Assembly: GCA_015059805.1 (NCBI GenBank)
Contig: SUZO01000005.1
Coordinates: 12,285 to 76,284, forward strand
Reading direction: 5' to 3'
Source of the DNA: Rikenellaceae bacterium
GTDB lineage: Bacteria; Bacteroidota; Bacteroidia; Bacteroidales; Rikenellaceae
Length of the DNA: 64,000 nt
Of the stretch, positions 31,262 to 43,704 are shown piece after piece; positions within the stretch are counted from its first letter, which is position 1, and each line of letters opens with the position of its first letter. The notes below the pieces were generated by a model. The model was given only the letters and a program-made list of their open reading frames with translations. It was not told where the DNA came from and ran no database searches. The position numbers were made by a program, and so were the translations under genes.

Positions 31262-34043
31262 ATCAATTTATATAAAGGGCGCTAAAGTGCATAATCTCAA
31301 GAATATAGAACTTGAGATTCCTCATAACACCCTTGTGGTAGTCACAGGTCTTAGTGGCTCTGGAAAGAGTACGCTCGCCTTTGACACTATCTTTGCTGAG
31401 GGACAACGTCGCTATGTTGAGTCGCTATCCTCTTATGCTCGTCAATTTTTAGGACGTATGAGCAAGCCTGAGGTTGATATTATAACTGGCATAGCCCCTG
31501 CAGTAGCTATTGAACAGAAGGTCAGCTCTCGCAATCCCCGCTCTACAGTGGGTACAACAACTGAGATTTACGACTACCTACGTCTGCTATTCTCGCGCAT
31601 TGGTCACACCTACTCGCCAATCTCTGGCATGGAGGTGAAGTGCTACACTACAGACGATGTTGTTCAGCATATCCTATCTCTTGGAACGGGCGAGAGGGTA
31701 ATTGTTGCCGTACCTCTGCGCACAAAGCCTGGGCAGAGCCTTATTGACAAGTTAGTTCAACTATTTGCCGATGGCATACAACGCCTATATATTGACGGCA
31801 AGACCCTCACTCTTGAGCAATTTATGCCAACCATTGATTCAAACACCTCAACCGATGGCATATATGTAGTGGTAGATAGACTTAAGGTTGCAGATGATGA
31901 CGATACACTAAACCGTATGCGAGAGTCCGTATCTGGCGCATTTGGCTATGGCACACATAGTTGCGTGGTTATCCATGAGCAGAATATCACCGAGTTTTCA
32001 GCTCTTATGACCACAGACGGCATTGAGTTTGAGCACCCATCGGAGCATCTTTTTGGTTTTAATAATCCTCTTGGTGCTTGCCCTGTATGCGAGGGCTTTG
32101 GTCGCGTTACGGGCATTGACGAGGATTTGGTTGTGCCTGACAAGAGCAAAACCATCTTTGATAACGCCATTGCATGCTGGCGAGGTGATAGCATGAGCCG
32201 TTTCCGCAATAAACTTGTGCAGAACGCCTATAAGTTTGATTTTCCGATACATACGCCATACTATCAACTAACCGAGGAGCAGCGTCGCCTACTCTGGACA
32301 GGTAATGAGTACTTTGAGGGATTAAACTACTTCTTTGACTATCTTGAGCGCGAGAAGAAAAAGCACAAGACCCAATTTAGCATCCTCAAGGCACGCTATA
32401 CTGGCAAGACCCTCTGTCCTGCATGCAATGGTGCGAGGTTACGCCCAGAGGCGCTATATGTCAAGGTTGGCGGGCGAAATATTGCCGAGTTGTCGGCTAT
32501 GAACATCGACAGTCTGATAGAGTTTTTTGACAATTTAACCCTTGATGAGCACGATAGCGCCACTGCTGAGCGAGTGCTCAAAGAGATTTACAACCGTCTG
32601 CTATATCTAAGCGATGTTGGATTAGGATACCTCACCCTTGACCGTCTAAGTTCCACACTCTCAGGTGGTGAGAGTCAGCGAATTAACCTCTCAACATCAT
32701 TAGGCAGCAATCTTACTGGCTCACTATACATCCTTGACGAGCCGAGCATCGGACTACATCCACGCGATACGGCACGCCTAATAAAGGTGCTTAAGCAACT
32801 GCGCGACCTTGGCAATACAGTTATCGTCGTTGAGCATGAGGAGGAGATTATCCGCGCAGCAGACTATATTGTAGATATAGGTCCAGAAGCCGGTGAGCAT
32901 GGCGGCGAAGTTGTCTATGCTGGTGAGTATAGTAAACTTTGCAATGCCGAGCGAAGCCTTACAGCTGACTATCTGTGTGGCAGGCGTACTATTGAGATGC
33001 CTAAGTATGTGCGACCATGGCGTAACTACATCGCTATCCATGGGGCGAGGGTAAACAACCTAAAGAATATCACTGTCAAGATACCTTTAGGCGCTATGAC
33101 CTGCATCACTGGAGTCTCTGGCTCTGGTAAGAGTTCACTTGTCAAGAGTATACTCTACCCAGCTCTGCGCAGAACAATCCATGAGACGGGTGACCGACCT
33201 GGAGATTATGACTCCCTGAGTGGTGATATTAAGATGCTCAAAGGTGTTGAGCTGATAGATCAAAATCCTATCGGCAAGTCGTCACGCTCAAACCCTGTGA
33301 CATATATTAAGGCGTACGACGAGATTCGCCGACTCTATGCCGACCAACCATACGCCAAGCGCACCAATATTCAGCCGTCTAACTTCTCGTTTAACATGGT
33401 TGGAGGACGCTGTGAGCAGTGCCAGGGCGAGGGAACTATCAAGATTGGCATGCAGTTTATGGCAGATGTTGTCCTTACGTGCGATGCTTGCGACGGAAGA
33501 CGCTTCAAGCAGGAGATTCTTGACATCAAGTATCGCGGCAAGGATATATGCGATGTGCTGGATATGAGCATTGATGAAGCTATTGAGTTCTTTGGCGCGG
33601 AGAGCCAGAGCAATAACACCTGCCGCCGCATTGTTGAACGCCTACGACCTTTAGAGGAGGTGGGACTGGGGTATGTTAAGTTAGGGCAGAGTTCCTCAAC
33701 GCTCTCCGGCGGTGAAAGTCAGCGAGTTAAGCTCGCCTCGTTCCTCACAAAGGATAGTGGCAATAGTGGCATACTCTTCATCTTTGATGAACCTACTACA
33801 GGTCTGCACTTCCACGATATTAAGCGACTGCTAAAGGCTTTTGATGCACTTGTAAACAATGGTCACACTGTGGTTATTGTTGAACACAATATGGATGTTA
33901 TTAAGTGTGCTGATCATGTTATTGACTTAGGACCAGAGGCTGGAGATATGGGTGGTGAGGTAGTATTTGAAGGCACACCAGAGGAGTTATTATCTTGTAA
34001 ATCAAGCTATACAGCCAATTATTTGAAGCAACACATAAAATGA
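31251..34043 (+). CDS. uvrA: Excinuclease ABC subunit A
   Basis: Two ABC ATPase modules (GLSGSGKS, GVSGSGKS, LSGGE twice) and zinc fingers. Confidence 0.96.
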   Translation: MSYKSIYIKGAKVHNLKNIELEIPHNTLVVVTGLSGSGKSTLAFDTIFAEGQRRYVESLSSYARQFLGRMSKPEVDIITGIAPAVAIEQKVSSRNPRSTVGTTTEIYDYLRLLFSRIGHTYSPISGMEVKCYTTDDVVQHILSLGTGERVIVAVPLRTKPGQSLIDKLVQLFADGIQRLYIDGKTLTLEQFMPTIDSNTSTDGIYVVVDRLKVADDDDTLNRMRESVSGAFGYGTHSCVVIHEQNITEFSALMTTDGIEFEHPSEHLFGFNNPLGACPVCEGFGRVTGIDEDLVVPDKSKTIFDNAIACWRGDSMSRFRNKLVQNAYKFDFPIHTPYYQLTEEQRRLLWTGNEYFEGLNYFFDYLEREKKKHKTQFSILKARYTGKTLCPACNGARLRPEALYVKVGGRNIAELSAMNIDSLIEFFDNLTLDEHDSATAERVLKEIYNRLLYLSDVGLGYLTLDRLSSTLSGGESQRINLSTSLGSNLTGSLYILDEPSIGLHPRDTARLIKVLKQLRDLGNTVIVVEHEEEIIRAADYIVDIGPEAGEHGGEVVYAGEYSKLCNAERSLTADYLCGRRTIEMPKYVRPWRNYIAIHGARVNNLKNITVKIPLGAMTCITGVSGSGKSSLVKSILYPALRRTIHETGDRPGDYDSLSGDIKMLKGVELIDQNPIGKSSRSNPVTYIKAYDEIRRLYADQPYAKRTNIQPSNFSFNMVGGRCEQCQGEGTIKIGMQFMADVVLTCDACDGRRFKQEILDIKYRGKDICDVLDMSIDEAIEFFGAESQSNNTCRRIVERLRPLEEVGLGYVKLGQSSSTLSGGESQRVKLASFLTKDSGNSGILFIFDEPTTGLHFHDIKRLLKAFDALVNNGHTVVIVEHNMDVIKCADHVIDLGPEAGDMGGEVVFEGTPEELLSCKSSYTANYLKQHIK

Positions 34044-35263
34044 TAAAAGAGGAATTTTACACCTATACACTTCCCAATGGCATTAAGGGCATACACCGCA
34101 ATATTCGCAGTGGCGTAGCTCGTTGTGCGCTAATTGTTGGAGCGGGTAGTCGTGACGAGCAACGTGGTGAGTATGGCATTGCCCACTTTACTGAGCATGG
34201 TCTATTTAAGGGCACTGAGCATCGCAAAGCATATCAGGTAAACTGCCGCCTTGAGAATCTCGGTGGTGAGCTAAATGCCTTTACCACTAAGGAGGATACG
34301 ACAGTCCACGCAACGGTCTTGCGCAGCGACTTTGCTAAGGCTGCGGAGCTTATATCCGATGTTGTTTTTCACTCCACCTTTCCCGACAAAGAGCTTGACA
34401 AGGAGCGTGAAGTTATTGTAGATGAGATAAATACCTACAAGGATTCACCGATGGATATGATATACGACACCTTTGAGGATATGATTTTTGAGGGGTCGGA
34501 GTTAGGTCATAACATCTTAGGTCGCAAAGTAGACCTTCTACGACACAATAGCCAAGCAATACACCGTTTTGTAGAGCGCACGCACACCACCGACCAGATG
34601 GTCTTTGCATCTATAGGAGCTATTTCGCCAGCTCGCATTGAGCAGATTGCCACTCGTTACTTCGCCTCACAGAAGGCAACTAAGCGCAGCTACTCACGCA
34701 TTGCTCCCAAAGCGCACACCCCATTTGAGCGTGAGGTGACTAAGCATACACATCAGGCACACTGTATTATCGGCAACCGCGCCTACAGCATTGCCGAGGA
34801 TAAGCGTCTGCCATTATCGTTGTTAATCAATATTTTAGGTGGTCCATGTGCCAACTCGCGCCTAAATGTCAGCGTACGCGAGCGCAAGGGTTTGTCCTAC
34901 AACATTGAGGCGAGCTACACCCCATATTCTGATGCTGGAATGGCGCTTATCTACTTTAGCTCAGAGCATTGCAATGCAGACCTTTGTCGTGAAATTATTG
35001 ACAACGAACTACACAAACTACAGAGTGACAGACTCACCTCTCGCCAGCTATCTATGGCAAAACGACAGTATATTGCCCAGATGACCATCTCCACAGAGGG
35101 AAGCGAGGGGTATATGCTCGGCATAGGACGTAGCATGCTTGTTCATGGCGAGGTTGATACCCTTGACGAGGCGTTTAAGAAGATTGAAGCTGTTACGGCT
35201 GCCCAGATTCTTGAGGTGGCAAATGAAGTATTCACCAACAACTCAACACTTATCTACCGATGA
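34040..35263 (+). CDS. M16 family zinc peptidase
   Basis: HFTEH (HxxEH) and LNAFT motifs. Confidence 0.92.
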   Translation: MIKEEFYTYTLPNGIKGIHRNIRSGVARCALIVGAGSRDEQRGEYGIAHFTEHGLFKGTEHRKAYQVNCRLENLGGELNAFTTKEDTTVHATVLRSDFAKAAELISDVVFHSTFPDKELDKEREVIVDEINTYKDSPMDMIYDTFEDMIFEGSELGHNILGRKVDLLRHNSQAIHRFVERTHTTDQMVFASIGAISPARIEQIATRYFASQKATKRSYSRIAPKAHTPFEREVTKHTHQAHCIIGNRAYSIAEDKRLPLSLLINILGGPCANSRLNVSVRERKGLSYNIEASYTPYSDAGMALIYFSSEHCNADLCREIIDNELHKLQSDRLTSRQLSMAKRQYIAQMTISTEGSEGYMLGIGRSMLVHGEVDTLDEAFKKIEAVTAAQILEVANEVFTNNSTLIYR

Positions 35264-35895
35264 TTTCATTAGAAGAGTATATTGAGAGCCACTCTACTGC
35301 TGAGGCAGCACTACTTCACGAACTTGAGCGTGAAACCTATTTGCGCGTACTCAATCCGCGCATGATTTCTGGACATATTCAGGGCAAACTGCTTGAGATG
35401 CTTGTCCGTATGATTCAACCCAAAGCGATCCTTGAGATCGGCACATTTACAGGCTACTCAGCCCTTAGTATGGCTGCAGGATTGCCAGAAGATGGAGTAA
35501 TTGACACCTGCGAGGTTGATGATGAGTTAGAGGAGCTAATCCAGAGCTTCTTTGACCGCTCAGCGTACTCAGAGCGAGTAAAGTTGCACATTGGCTCCGC
35601 TCTTGAGATAGCTCCAAGATTAGCAAAGAGTTACGATATGGTATTTATTGATGGCGATAAGCGCGAGTACTCTGCATATTACAATATGCTCTTTGACAAC
35701 AACTTAGTTCATAGTGGCAGTTGGATTCTTGCCGATAACATTCTCTGGTACGGTAAGGTTGTAGAACCTGTAGCTAAGGGTGATAAGCAGACACAAGCAA
35801 TTATTGACTTCAACAATCTTATAATCTCAGACCCTCGCGTTGAGAATGTAATTCTACCTATCCGCGACGGCATTAACCTTATCCGAGTAAAGTAG
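35260..35895 (+). CDS. O-methyltransferase (caffeoyl-CoA OMT-like)
   Basis: LEIGTFTGYSAL, FIDGDK and ADNILW motifs. Confidence 0.92.
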   Translation: MISLEEYIESHSTAEAALLHELERETYLRVLNPRMISGHIQGKLLEMLVRMIQPKAILEIGTFTGYSALSMAAGLPEDGVIDTCEVDDELEELIQSFFDRSAYSERVKLHIGSALEIAPRLAKSYDMVFIDGDKREYSAYYNMLFDNNLVHSGSWILADNILWYGKVVEPVAKGDKQTQAIIDFNNLIISDPRVENVILPIRDGINLIRVK

Positions 35896-36111
35896 ATGGC
35901 AATAATTATCAACCTTGACACCATACTTGCCCGTCGCAAGATGACCCTCTCAGAGTTATCCGAAAGGGTTGGAATCTCTATTGTCAATCTCTCCAAGATT
36001 AAGACCGGCAAGGCTCGCGCTGTAAGATTTTCCACACTTGATGCCATTTGTGAGGCTTTGGATTGCCAACCAGGGGATATTATTGAACATCGCAAAGGGA
36101 TGATGCTGTGA
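35896..36111 (+). CDS. Small XRE/Cro-type HTH regulator (YozG-like)
   Basis: LSELSERVGIS...NLSKIKTGKARAVRFSTL...CQPGDI. Confidence 0.9.
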   Translation: MAIIINLDTILARRKMTLSELSERVGISIVNLSKIKTGKARAVRFSTLDAICEALDCQPGDIIEHRKGMML

Positions 36112-37949
36112 AACGAGTAGTTTTAATAATTGTCGCAATATTATGTTTCTCTGCGGCTTATGCCAGCAATAGGGTTATAAAAGTAGCTCTTCTTGCCGAC
36201 CTGCACATTTCGCCAGACAACGAAAACGACAAGATTATGCCCGCTCTTATTGATGACATTAACAGCGAGGAGTATGACCTTGTTATCACCGCAGGCGATT
36301 TGACAAATCGTGGCAGTTTTTCTGAGCTACAGCAAGCATACAACCACCTGCGCCGCATTAAACATCGCCAGATAGCCACCCACGGCAATCATGAAACCAC
36401 ATGGAGCGAGAGTGGTGGCAGAGATTTCAAAAGACTTTGGGGGCACAACGGCTGCACAACCGCCAAAGTAGGGGAGTACACCTTTGTAGCCTTCCCCGCA
36501 GGTCCATATATCAAGATGGCAGACGGAACGGTGCAAGATAGTAGGCGACTATCATGGATTGAGAGCCAACTAAGAGGTGGTAGTGAGCGTGGACGAGTTG
36601 TCGCTGTGTGCCACTACCCACTAAATAATGATATTACAAATCGCACTGAGGTTATATCGCTTTTGAAACGATACGGTGTAACAGCCTCACTATGTGGACA
36701 TTACCATAAGCCGCGATTGATGAACTTTGACTCACTGCCAGGCATTGTTGGGCGTAGTTTAATGCTACCAAACGGCAAAGAGCGGAGCTATGGATATACT
36801 GTGCTAACATTTGCAGGCGACTCAATCCATATTGCCGAGAAACTTATCGGTAAGCAACCAGAGCACCAATATTCAATTCGTCAGGTCAAGGATAGTACTA
36901 TAGAGAGAATTAAAGCCGATCCACAACCAGAGCAGATTGACTTTGGTGGCTTTATCGCTCAGAGAGTTATCTGTGACAATGCCGAGATATACACCGCAGC
37001 ACAAACAGTCGGAAATACTCTGTACTATGGCAACTCTGCAGGTGAATTAAAGGCGTATAATATTGATAGCAAACAACTTATATGGTGTCACAAATTTAAG
37101 GAGCCGATATATTCAACACCAACGATTACGGGTAATACAATTATCGTTGCAACGCTTAGTCAAGGCATTGTCGCCCTTGATTTGAGCAGTGGAAAAACCG
37201 TATGGCGCAACAAAGATGGCAACACTTTTATTGGTAATGGAGCGGTGGCTGATGGCTATTTATATATAGGTACACTCGGCACAATGTATAAGATTGACTG
37301 CACAACGGGTAAAACCCTCTGGAGCTATAAATACGGGTATGGTCATCCACAAGCCCGACCAACGGTAACAGATAACAGGGTAGTATTCGGTGCATGGGAC
37401 TGTCACCTCTATTGCCTTGATTCTCACAGCGGAAGAGAGTTGTGGAGATGGAGCAATGGCTCTAAAAACACCCTTCTCTCCCCAGGTCACTCAATAGCAC
37501 GAGTAGCCCAAGGTAGGGTAATGGTCGTAGCACCAGATAGATACATTACCTGTTTGGAACTCGCCACTGGCAAAGAGATTTGGAGAGTTAAGGCTCGCAA
37601 AGTTCGTGAAAGTAGTGGTTTAAGTAGCGATGGTAAAATATTCTATGCCAAGACAATGGATGGCGAGATGATTGCAGTACCAATGGATGCAGACCACTAT
37701 AGTGAGCTTTGGTGTACAGATGTACACTGGGGTTATGACCACAGTTTCTGCCCACTTATAACCCACCATGGGGTGATATATATGGCAAATCGACGCGGTA
37801 AGATTGCAGCTGTAAGCAGTAGCGGAGAGCTGCTCAGCGTCGGCAAATTTGCAGGCTCTGCGGCAAACGACCTATGCATAGGGGCGGATGGTAACCTCTG
37901 GGTTAGCTTTATTGAGGGTACTATATGGCGACTAAATGCAATAAAATAG
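36108..37949 (+). CDS. Secreted metallophosphoesterase with PQQ-like beta-propeller repeats
   Basis: Signal peptide; DLH, GDL, GNHE and GHYH motifs; repeated GKxxW motifs in the C-terminal half. Confidence 0.85.
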   Translation: MKRVVLIIVAILCFSAAYASNRVIKVALLADLHISPDNENDKIMPALIDDINSEEYDLVITAGDLTNRGSFSELQQAYNHLRRIKHRQIATHGNHETTWSESGGRDFKRLWGHNGCTTAKVGEYTFVAFPAGPYIKMADGTVQDSRRLSWIESQLRGGSERGRVVAVCHYPLNNDITNRTEVISLLKRYGVTASLCGHYHKPRLMNFDSLPGIVGRSLMLPNGKERSYGYTVLTFAGDSIHIAEKLIGKQPEHQYSIRQVKDSTIERIKADPQPEQIDFGGFIAQRVICDNAEIYTAAQTVGNTLYYGNSAGELKAYNIDSKQLIWCHKFKEPIYSTPTITGNTIIVATLSQGIVALDLSSGKTVWRNKDGNTFIGNGAVADGYLYIGTLGTMYKIDCTTGKTLWSYKYGYGHPQARPTVTDNRVVFGAWDCHLYCLDSHSGRELWRWSNGSKNTLLSPGHSIARVAQGRVMVVAPDRYITCLELATGKEIWRVKARKVRESSGLSSDGKIFYAKTMDGEMIAVPMDADHYSELWCTDVHWGYDHSFCPLITHHGVIYMANRRGKIAAVSSSGELLSVGKFAGSAANDLCIGADGNLWVSFIEGTIWRLNAIK

Positions 37950-38012
37950 CATGCAGTCAATAAAATGTGGATAAAATTATAAAGCAGCGGTACAACAAAC
38001 GGTAAAAAATAG

Positions 38013-39398
<1,386 letters not shown>

Positions 39399-39438
39399 TG
39401 GCGGTTATACCTATTTATATATAAAGCAAATCTCTGCG

Positions 39439-39473
39439 GAGGTCACTGAAAAAGTATATTTTTCAGTGACCTC
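39439..39473. terminator. Terminator-like hairpin after gdhA
   Basis: GAGGTCACTGAAAAA / TTTTTCAGTGACCTC 15-bp inverted repeat. Confidence 0.7.
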
Positions 39474-39558
39474 GTTATTCTATAATATTTATTTTCACAC
39501 AAAATAGTATTTCACAGTAAAATATGCTATATTTGTATAGAAAAATTGATATTTTACT

Positions 39559-40833
39559 ATGAAACGATTCTTAACAATCTTTTCTACTATACTATTATCT
39601 TCATCTGTTGTCTTCGGTCATCAAGCAGATAAGAGAGTTGGAGAGCTTCTCAATACAAGCAACTGGTTTGAACTTGAAAGGGTATATCCTGCTATCGCGG
39701 CTGATATAGAGACGCCAATGCTCAAGCAGATGGCCGAGGTTATGCTTGCATCCAACTTCAACCGTCCGGCAGAGCTACGAGAGAAACTTCAGAGGCTTAT
39801 TGCCGAGTACCAGGCTGAACTTGGCTTTGAGAATGTCTGCAACATGACAGTAATGGGAGCTATGGTGGAAGGATATGAGGGAAACTATGCAGTGGCAGCT
39901 GATATGGTAAAGGCTATCGCTGATGCTGTAAAGGCTGCAACTGGTTCTTTGGAGGGAACTGGATTGTCTGAACTCCTTGCATACTATGAGACTATCAGAG
40001 AATATCCAGCTCCAATCCTTGAAAAGCCTGCGGAAGATGTCAATATTACACTAACAGAGAAGTCGGGATTAATGTGGATTCCAGTAGTAATCAATGGCAA
40101 GAAATATGATTTCATTCTTGATACTGGAGCCTCATTTACGATGATATCCCAAGACTTGGCAAAAGATATCGGAGCAAAGATTATCGGTGATTCTGTATTT
40201 GTTGGTGGTGGCGAATCAACTGGTGGATATGGACAGAGAGCCTTCATTGAGAATATGAATGTAGGCCCTATATCACTCAAGAATATCATTGCATTTGTTA
40301 GTGATAATCCCTCTGATGATGACCCTCTCAAAGTAGATGCTGTGCTCGGTATGGACTTCATCAAAAGAGCTGGAGAGATTCAGATTGACCTTTCTACAAT
40401 GGTTCTGACTATTCCAGCGCAGAAAACTCTTCCGCGCTATGGAAGGAATATTATTCTTGAGGTTAATATTCCAGTTGTTGAAGCCTCTGATGCCAATGGA
40501 AACAGATATACATTCATACTTGACACTGGAGCCAGTGGAGACAATCTATCGGATTTTTGGTTTAGCAAGAACACAGAAATAACAGCGGCACTTCCTGTAG
40601 AGACTCAGCGCACATGGGGACATGGTGGCATAGTTCAGAATCAGATTGTAAAAGTTCCCGAATACAAATTGACAATCGGCAACGCTTCTGCTGACTTCAA
40701 AGAAATAGCGGCGACGGTCCCTGCAAATGGCACAGTATCTTCAACACGCGACGGACGCCTTGGTATGGGTCTGTTGAAGCAATTCAAGAAGGCTATCTTC
40801 AACTTTGAGGATATGTTTGTAGCGTTTGAATAA
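39559..40833 (+). CDS. Secreted retropepsin-like aspartyl protease with two DTG domains
   Basis: Signal peptide; FILDTGAS twice, each followed by a xLGM motif. Confidence 0.85.
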   Translation: MKRFLTIFSTILLSSSVVFGHQADKRVGELLNTSNWFELERVYPAIAADIETPMLKQMAEVMLASNFNRPAELREKLQRLIAEYQAELGFENVCNMTVMGAMVEGYEGNYAVAADMVKAIADAVKAATGSLEGTGLSELLAYYETIREYPAPILEKPAEDVNITLTEKSGLMWIPVVINGKKYDFILDTGASFTMISQDLAKDIGAKIIGDSVFVGGGESTGGYGQRAFIENMNVGPISLKNIIAFVSDNPSDDDPLKVDAVLGMDFIKRAGEIQIDLSTMVLTIPAQKTLPRYGRNIILEVNIPVVEASDANGNRYTFILDTGASGDNLSDFWFSKNTEITAALPVETQRTWGHGGIVQNQIVKVPEYKLTIGNASADFKEIAATVPANGTVSSTRDGRLGMGLLKQFKKAIFNFEDMFVAFE

Positions 40834-40887
40834 TTTGCTTTTTTGTTTTAGAATCCCTATATTTGCAACACCTAAAAACCAAAAAAT

Positions 40888-42129
40888 ATGAAACAGACCA
40901 TTATGTCGTTCATGGCAATAGTATTGCTATGTACTACCTGCAGCAATAGTACAAAGACAAACCTGCAGCCAAATAACAGCACAACCCCCACCTTCGGTAA
41001 GACCCTTCCTGCATGGAGCGAAGGACATCTTGACATCCACCTTATCAACAGTGCTCGTGGAGAGTGTTGTTTCTACATCCTTCCTGATGGAACAACCTTA
41101 CTTGTAGATGCTGGAGAGGTTGTTGATAGCGATATTACAGTTGCTCAGCGCCCAAATGCCCTTATTAGACCATATAAAGTCTATGCAGAATATATCAAGC
41201 ACTTCCTGCCTATGGGTAAAACTGCGATAGATTACTGCTCCCCATCACACTTTCATACAGACCATATCGGCAGTAGCGATGCTGTAACCGAAACGGCAGA
41301 GGCTGGTTATCGCAAATCGGGACTTTTGGCGCTATTTGATATAGTTCCATACAACCACATCCTTGACCGTGCCTATCCAACATACACTGAGGATGACGTA
41401 ACTGCGCCGTTGAGCGGTCAGCTCGCTGGGGATTGGGCAACCTTTGTCACTTGGGGCGTTAAGGAGGGTAAGTTTACAGCCGAGCGATTCACACCAGGAA
41501 AGGAGCAGATTGTAATGCTCACCAGCCCTGAGAAGTATAGCAATTTTTCAATTTTCAACATCTGCGCCAATGGTTTTGTGTGGGGTAAAGATAGCGAGGG
41601 TAATCAGCGACTAAGAGGTTCAAAGCCAAAGAGTGGAGGTAACTCTTCATCCTGCGGCTTCCATATCAAGTATGGCAACTTTGACTATATTGCTTGTGGC
41701 GACTTGGTAGGTTCTCCTCAAAATTTAGTAGCATACTACTTCCGCGACTTTATTGGCAATGGAAATCTTGACGCCTTTAAGTGCCATCACCACCTTGCAG
41801 GCAATAGCTGGGGTTCACAGATGCAGAAGTGCAACTTTGACCCGCGCGTAGTATTAGACCACTGCTTTACAAACAACAAGCCTAATGTTGAGAAACTTAA
41901 GCATGTACTCCCTACAATTACGAGCTTCTTTGCGACCAATATCCACCCAGATATTTTTGAAGACCCGGAGGTTAAGGCAAACAAGCTGATTGACAGAATG
42001 ACCGCATACAATGGTCACATTGTCCTCAGAGTAACCCCTGGAGGCAATAGCTTCTATGTCTACATACTTGATGATAGCAATTTAGAGTACAATGTCAAAT
42101 TCATCAGTGGTCCTTACCACTCTAAATAA
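40888..42129 (+). CDS. MBL-fold (ComEC/Rec2-like) hydrolase, probable lipoprotein
   Basis: LLVDAG, SHFHTDHIG, CGD and KCHHH motifs; Cys-containing signal peptide. Confidence 0.8.
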   Translation: MKQTIMSFMAIVLLCTTCSNSTKTNLQPNNSTTPTFGKTLPAWSEGHLDIHLINSARGECCFYILPDGTTLLVDAGEVVDSDITVAQRPNALIRPYKVYAEYIKHFLPMGKTAIDYCSPSHFHTDHIGSSDAVTETAEAGYRKSGLLALFDIVPYNHILDRAYPTYTEDDVTAPLSGQLAGDWATFVTWGVKEGKFTAERFTPGKEQIVMLTSPEKYSNFSIFNICANGFVWGKDSEGNQRLRGSKPKSGGNSSSCGFHIKYGNFDYIACGDLVGSPQNLVAYYFRDFIGNGNLDAFKCHHHLAGNSWGSQMQKCNFDPRVVLDHCFTNNKPNVEKLKHVLPTITSFFATNIHPDIFEDPEVKANKLIDRMTAYNGHIVLRVTPGGNSFYVYILDDSNLEYNVKFISGPYHSK

Positions 42130-42141
42130 TAAACTACAACT

Positions 42142-43347
42142 ATGAAAAGAGTTCTATTTCTCATATCAGTATTTGCACTGTTCAGCTTACCATGTAGCGG
42201 AGGTAATGCACTCAATGCCAAGATTGGCAAAACTATGCCCGCATGGAGTGAGGGCTATTTAGATATACACTTTATCAACAGCGGTCGTGGTGAATGCTGC
42301 TTCTACATACTTCCTGACGGAACAACACTACTGGTTGATGCTGGAGAGATTTCAAAGGGTAAAATTGGAGTTGCACAACGACCAAATGAGCAAACGCTTC
42401 CAACTATTACATACGCTGAATACATCAAGCACTTCCTACCTGCAGGTAGAACAGATATTGACTACTGCTCTCCATCGCACTTCCACACCGACCATATTGG
42501 TAGCACCAAAATGGTAAGCGGAAAATCCCCTGTAGGTTATCGTAAGTCGGGACTTTTGGCACTTTATGACTATGTTCCATACAAACACATACTTGACCGC
42601 GCCTATCCAACATATACCGAGGATGAGGTAACCCCAAAGATGGAGGGACAGCTCTCAAAAGATTGGGCAACATTTGTCACTTGGGGCGTTAAGGAGGGTA
42701 AATTTACTGCCGAGCGTTTCACTCCAGGCAAGGAGCAGATTGTACTACTCAACAGAGCTAAGAAGTACAAGAATTTCTCTGTTTTCAACATCTGCGCTAA
42801 TGGTTTTGTGTGGGGTAAAGATAGCAATGGTAACGGCATGCTCATTGGTGGCAAAGCTCGCAGAGGCGGAAATCCAGCATCCTGCGGCTTCCATATCAGC
42901 TACGGCGACTTTGACTATATCGCTTGTGGTGACGTATCATGGACCTCTCAAAATATGACAGCATTCTATTTCCGTGATTATGTTGGCAACAACAATCTTG
43001 ACGCCTTCAAATGCCACCACCACCTTGCCTACAACGGTTGGGAGGTGATGATGCAAGAGTTCAATTTTGACCCTCAGGTTATACTAAACCACAGCTTTGC
43101 AGCCAATAAACCGCATCCAGAGCCACTAAGCCGCGTACTTCCTAACTGTCAAGGCTTCTTTGCCACTAACATTCACCCCGATATTGCTGCTGCAAATAGA
43201 GAGTTGATAGATAAAATAACTGGATACGGTGGACATATCGTTCTGCGCGTAAAACCAGGTGGAAAAATATTCTATGTCTATATGCTTGATGATAGCGATT
43301 TTGAGTATCGCGTCAAATCCATTCACGGACCATATAAATCCAAGTAA
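42142..43347 (+). CDS. MBL-fold (ComEC/Rec2-like) hydrolase, tandem paralogue
   Basis: Same motifs; long identical peptide stretches shared with 40888-42129. Confidence 0.8.
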   Translation: MKRVLFLISVFALFSLPCSGGNALNAKIGKTMPAWSEGYLDIHFINSGRGECCFYILPDGTTLLVDAGEISKGKIGVAQRPNEQTLPTITYAEYIKHFLPAGRTDIDYCSPSHFHTDHIGSTKMVSGKSPVGYRKSGLLALYDYVPYKHILDRAYPTYTEDEVTPKMEGQLSKDWATFVTWGVKEGKFTAERFTPGKEQIVLLNRAKKYKNFSVFNICANGFVWGKDSNGNGMLIGGKARRGGNPASCGFHISYGDFDYIACGDVSWTSQNMTAFYFRDYVGNNNLDAFKCHHHLAYNGWEVMMQEFNFDPQVILNHSFAANKPHPEPLSRVLPNCQGFFATNIHPDIAAANRELIDKITGYGGHIVLRVKPGGKIFYVYMLDDSDFEYRVKSIHGPYKSK

Positions 43348-43468
43348 AGCGTTTAAGCTATATACATCTAAACTTTGTCTTTCACCAACAGTGGAAGACA
43401 TTTTTTTGCATCATACCCCACAATTTCTTAAAAGAGCGTTGTCTTTTGCAGTTATTTTTACTAATTTT

Positions 43469-43704
43469 GTGGAGTCGTGAGTGTTATATACACGACGTTA
43501 CATATTGATGAAAGTGTATTAGCTTTTATCCCTTTCGGAAATCTGGAAAATTTCATTGCACAAGGGAAGCAACACACTCGTCACTTCGTATTGTATAGTC
43601 TGGGATGCATTTTGCCCCATACTCGATACGGGTGTGGGGTATTGTTTATTTGTGCAAGGTATTCCAGAACCTCCAAAAGATAAACTAATCGACTCCACAC
43701 TTTC
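43469..43704 (+). ncRNA. Putative structured 5' leader RNA
   Basis: Several nested complementary segments directly downstream of a TAATTTTG promoter element at 43462-43469. Confidence 0.55.

Noticed and set aside
37966-37974. Perfect DnaA box TGTGGATAA upstream of gdhA
   Set aside because: A single 9-mer in a short spacer can occur by chance; there is no cluster.
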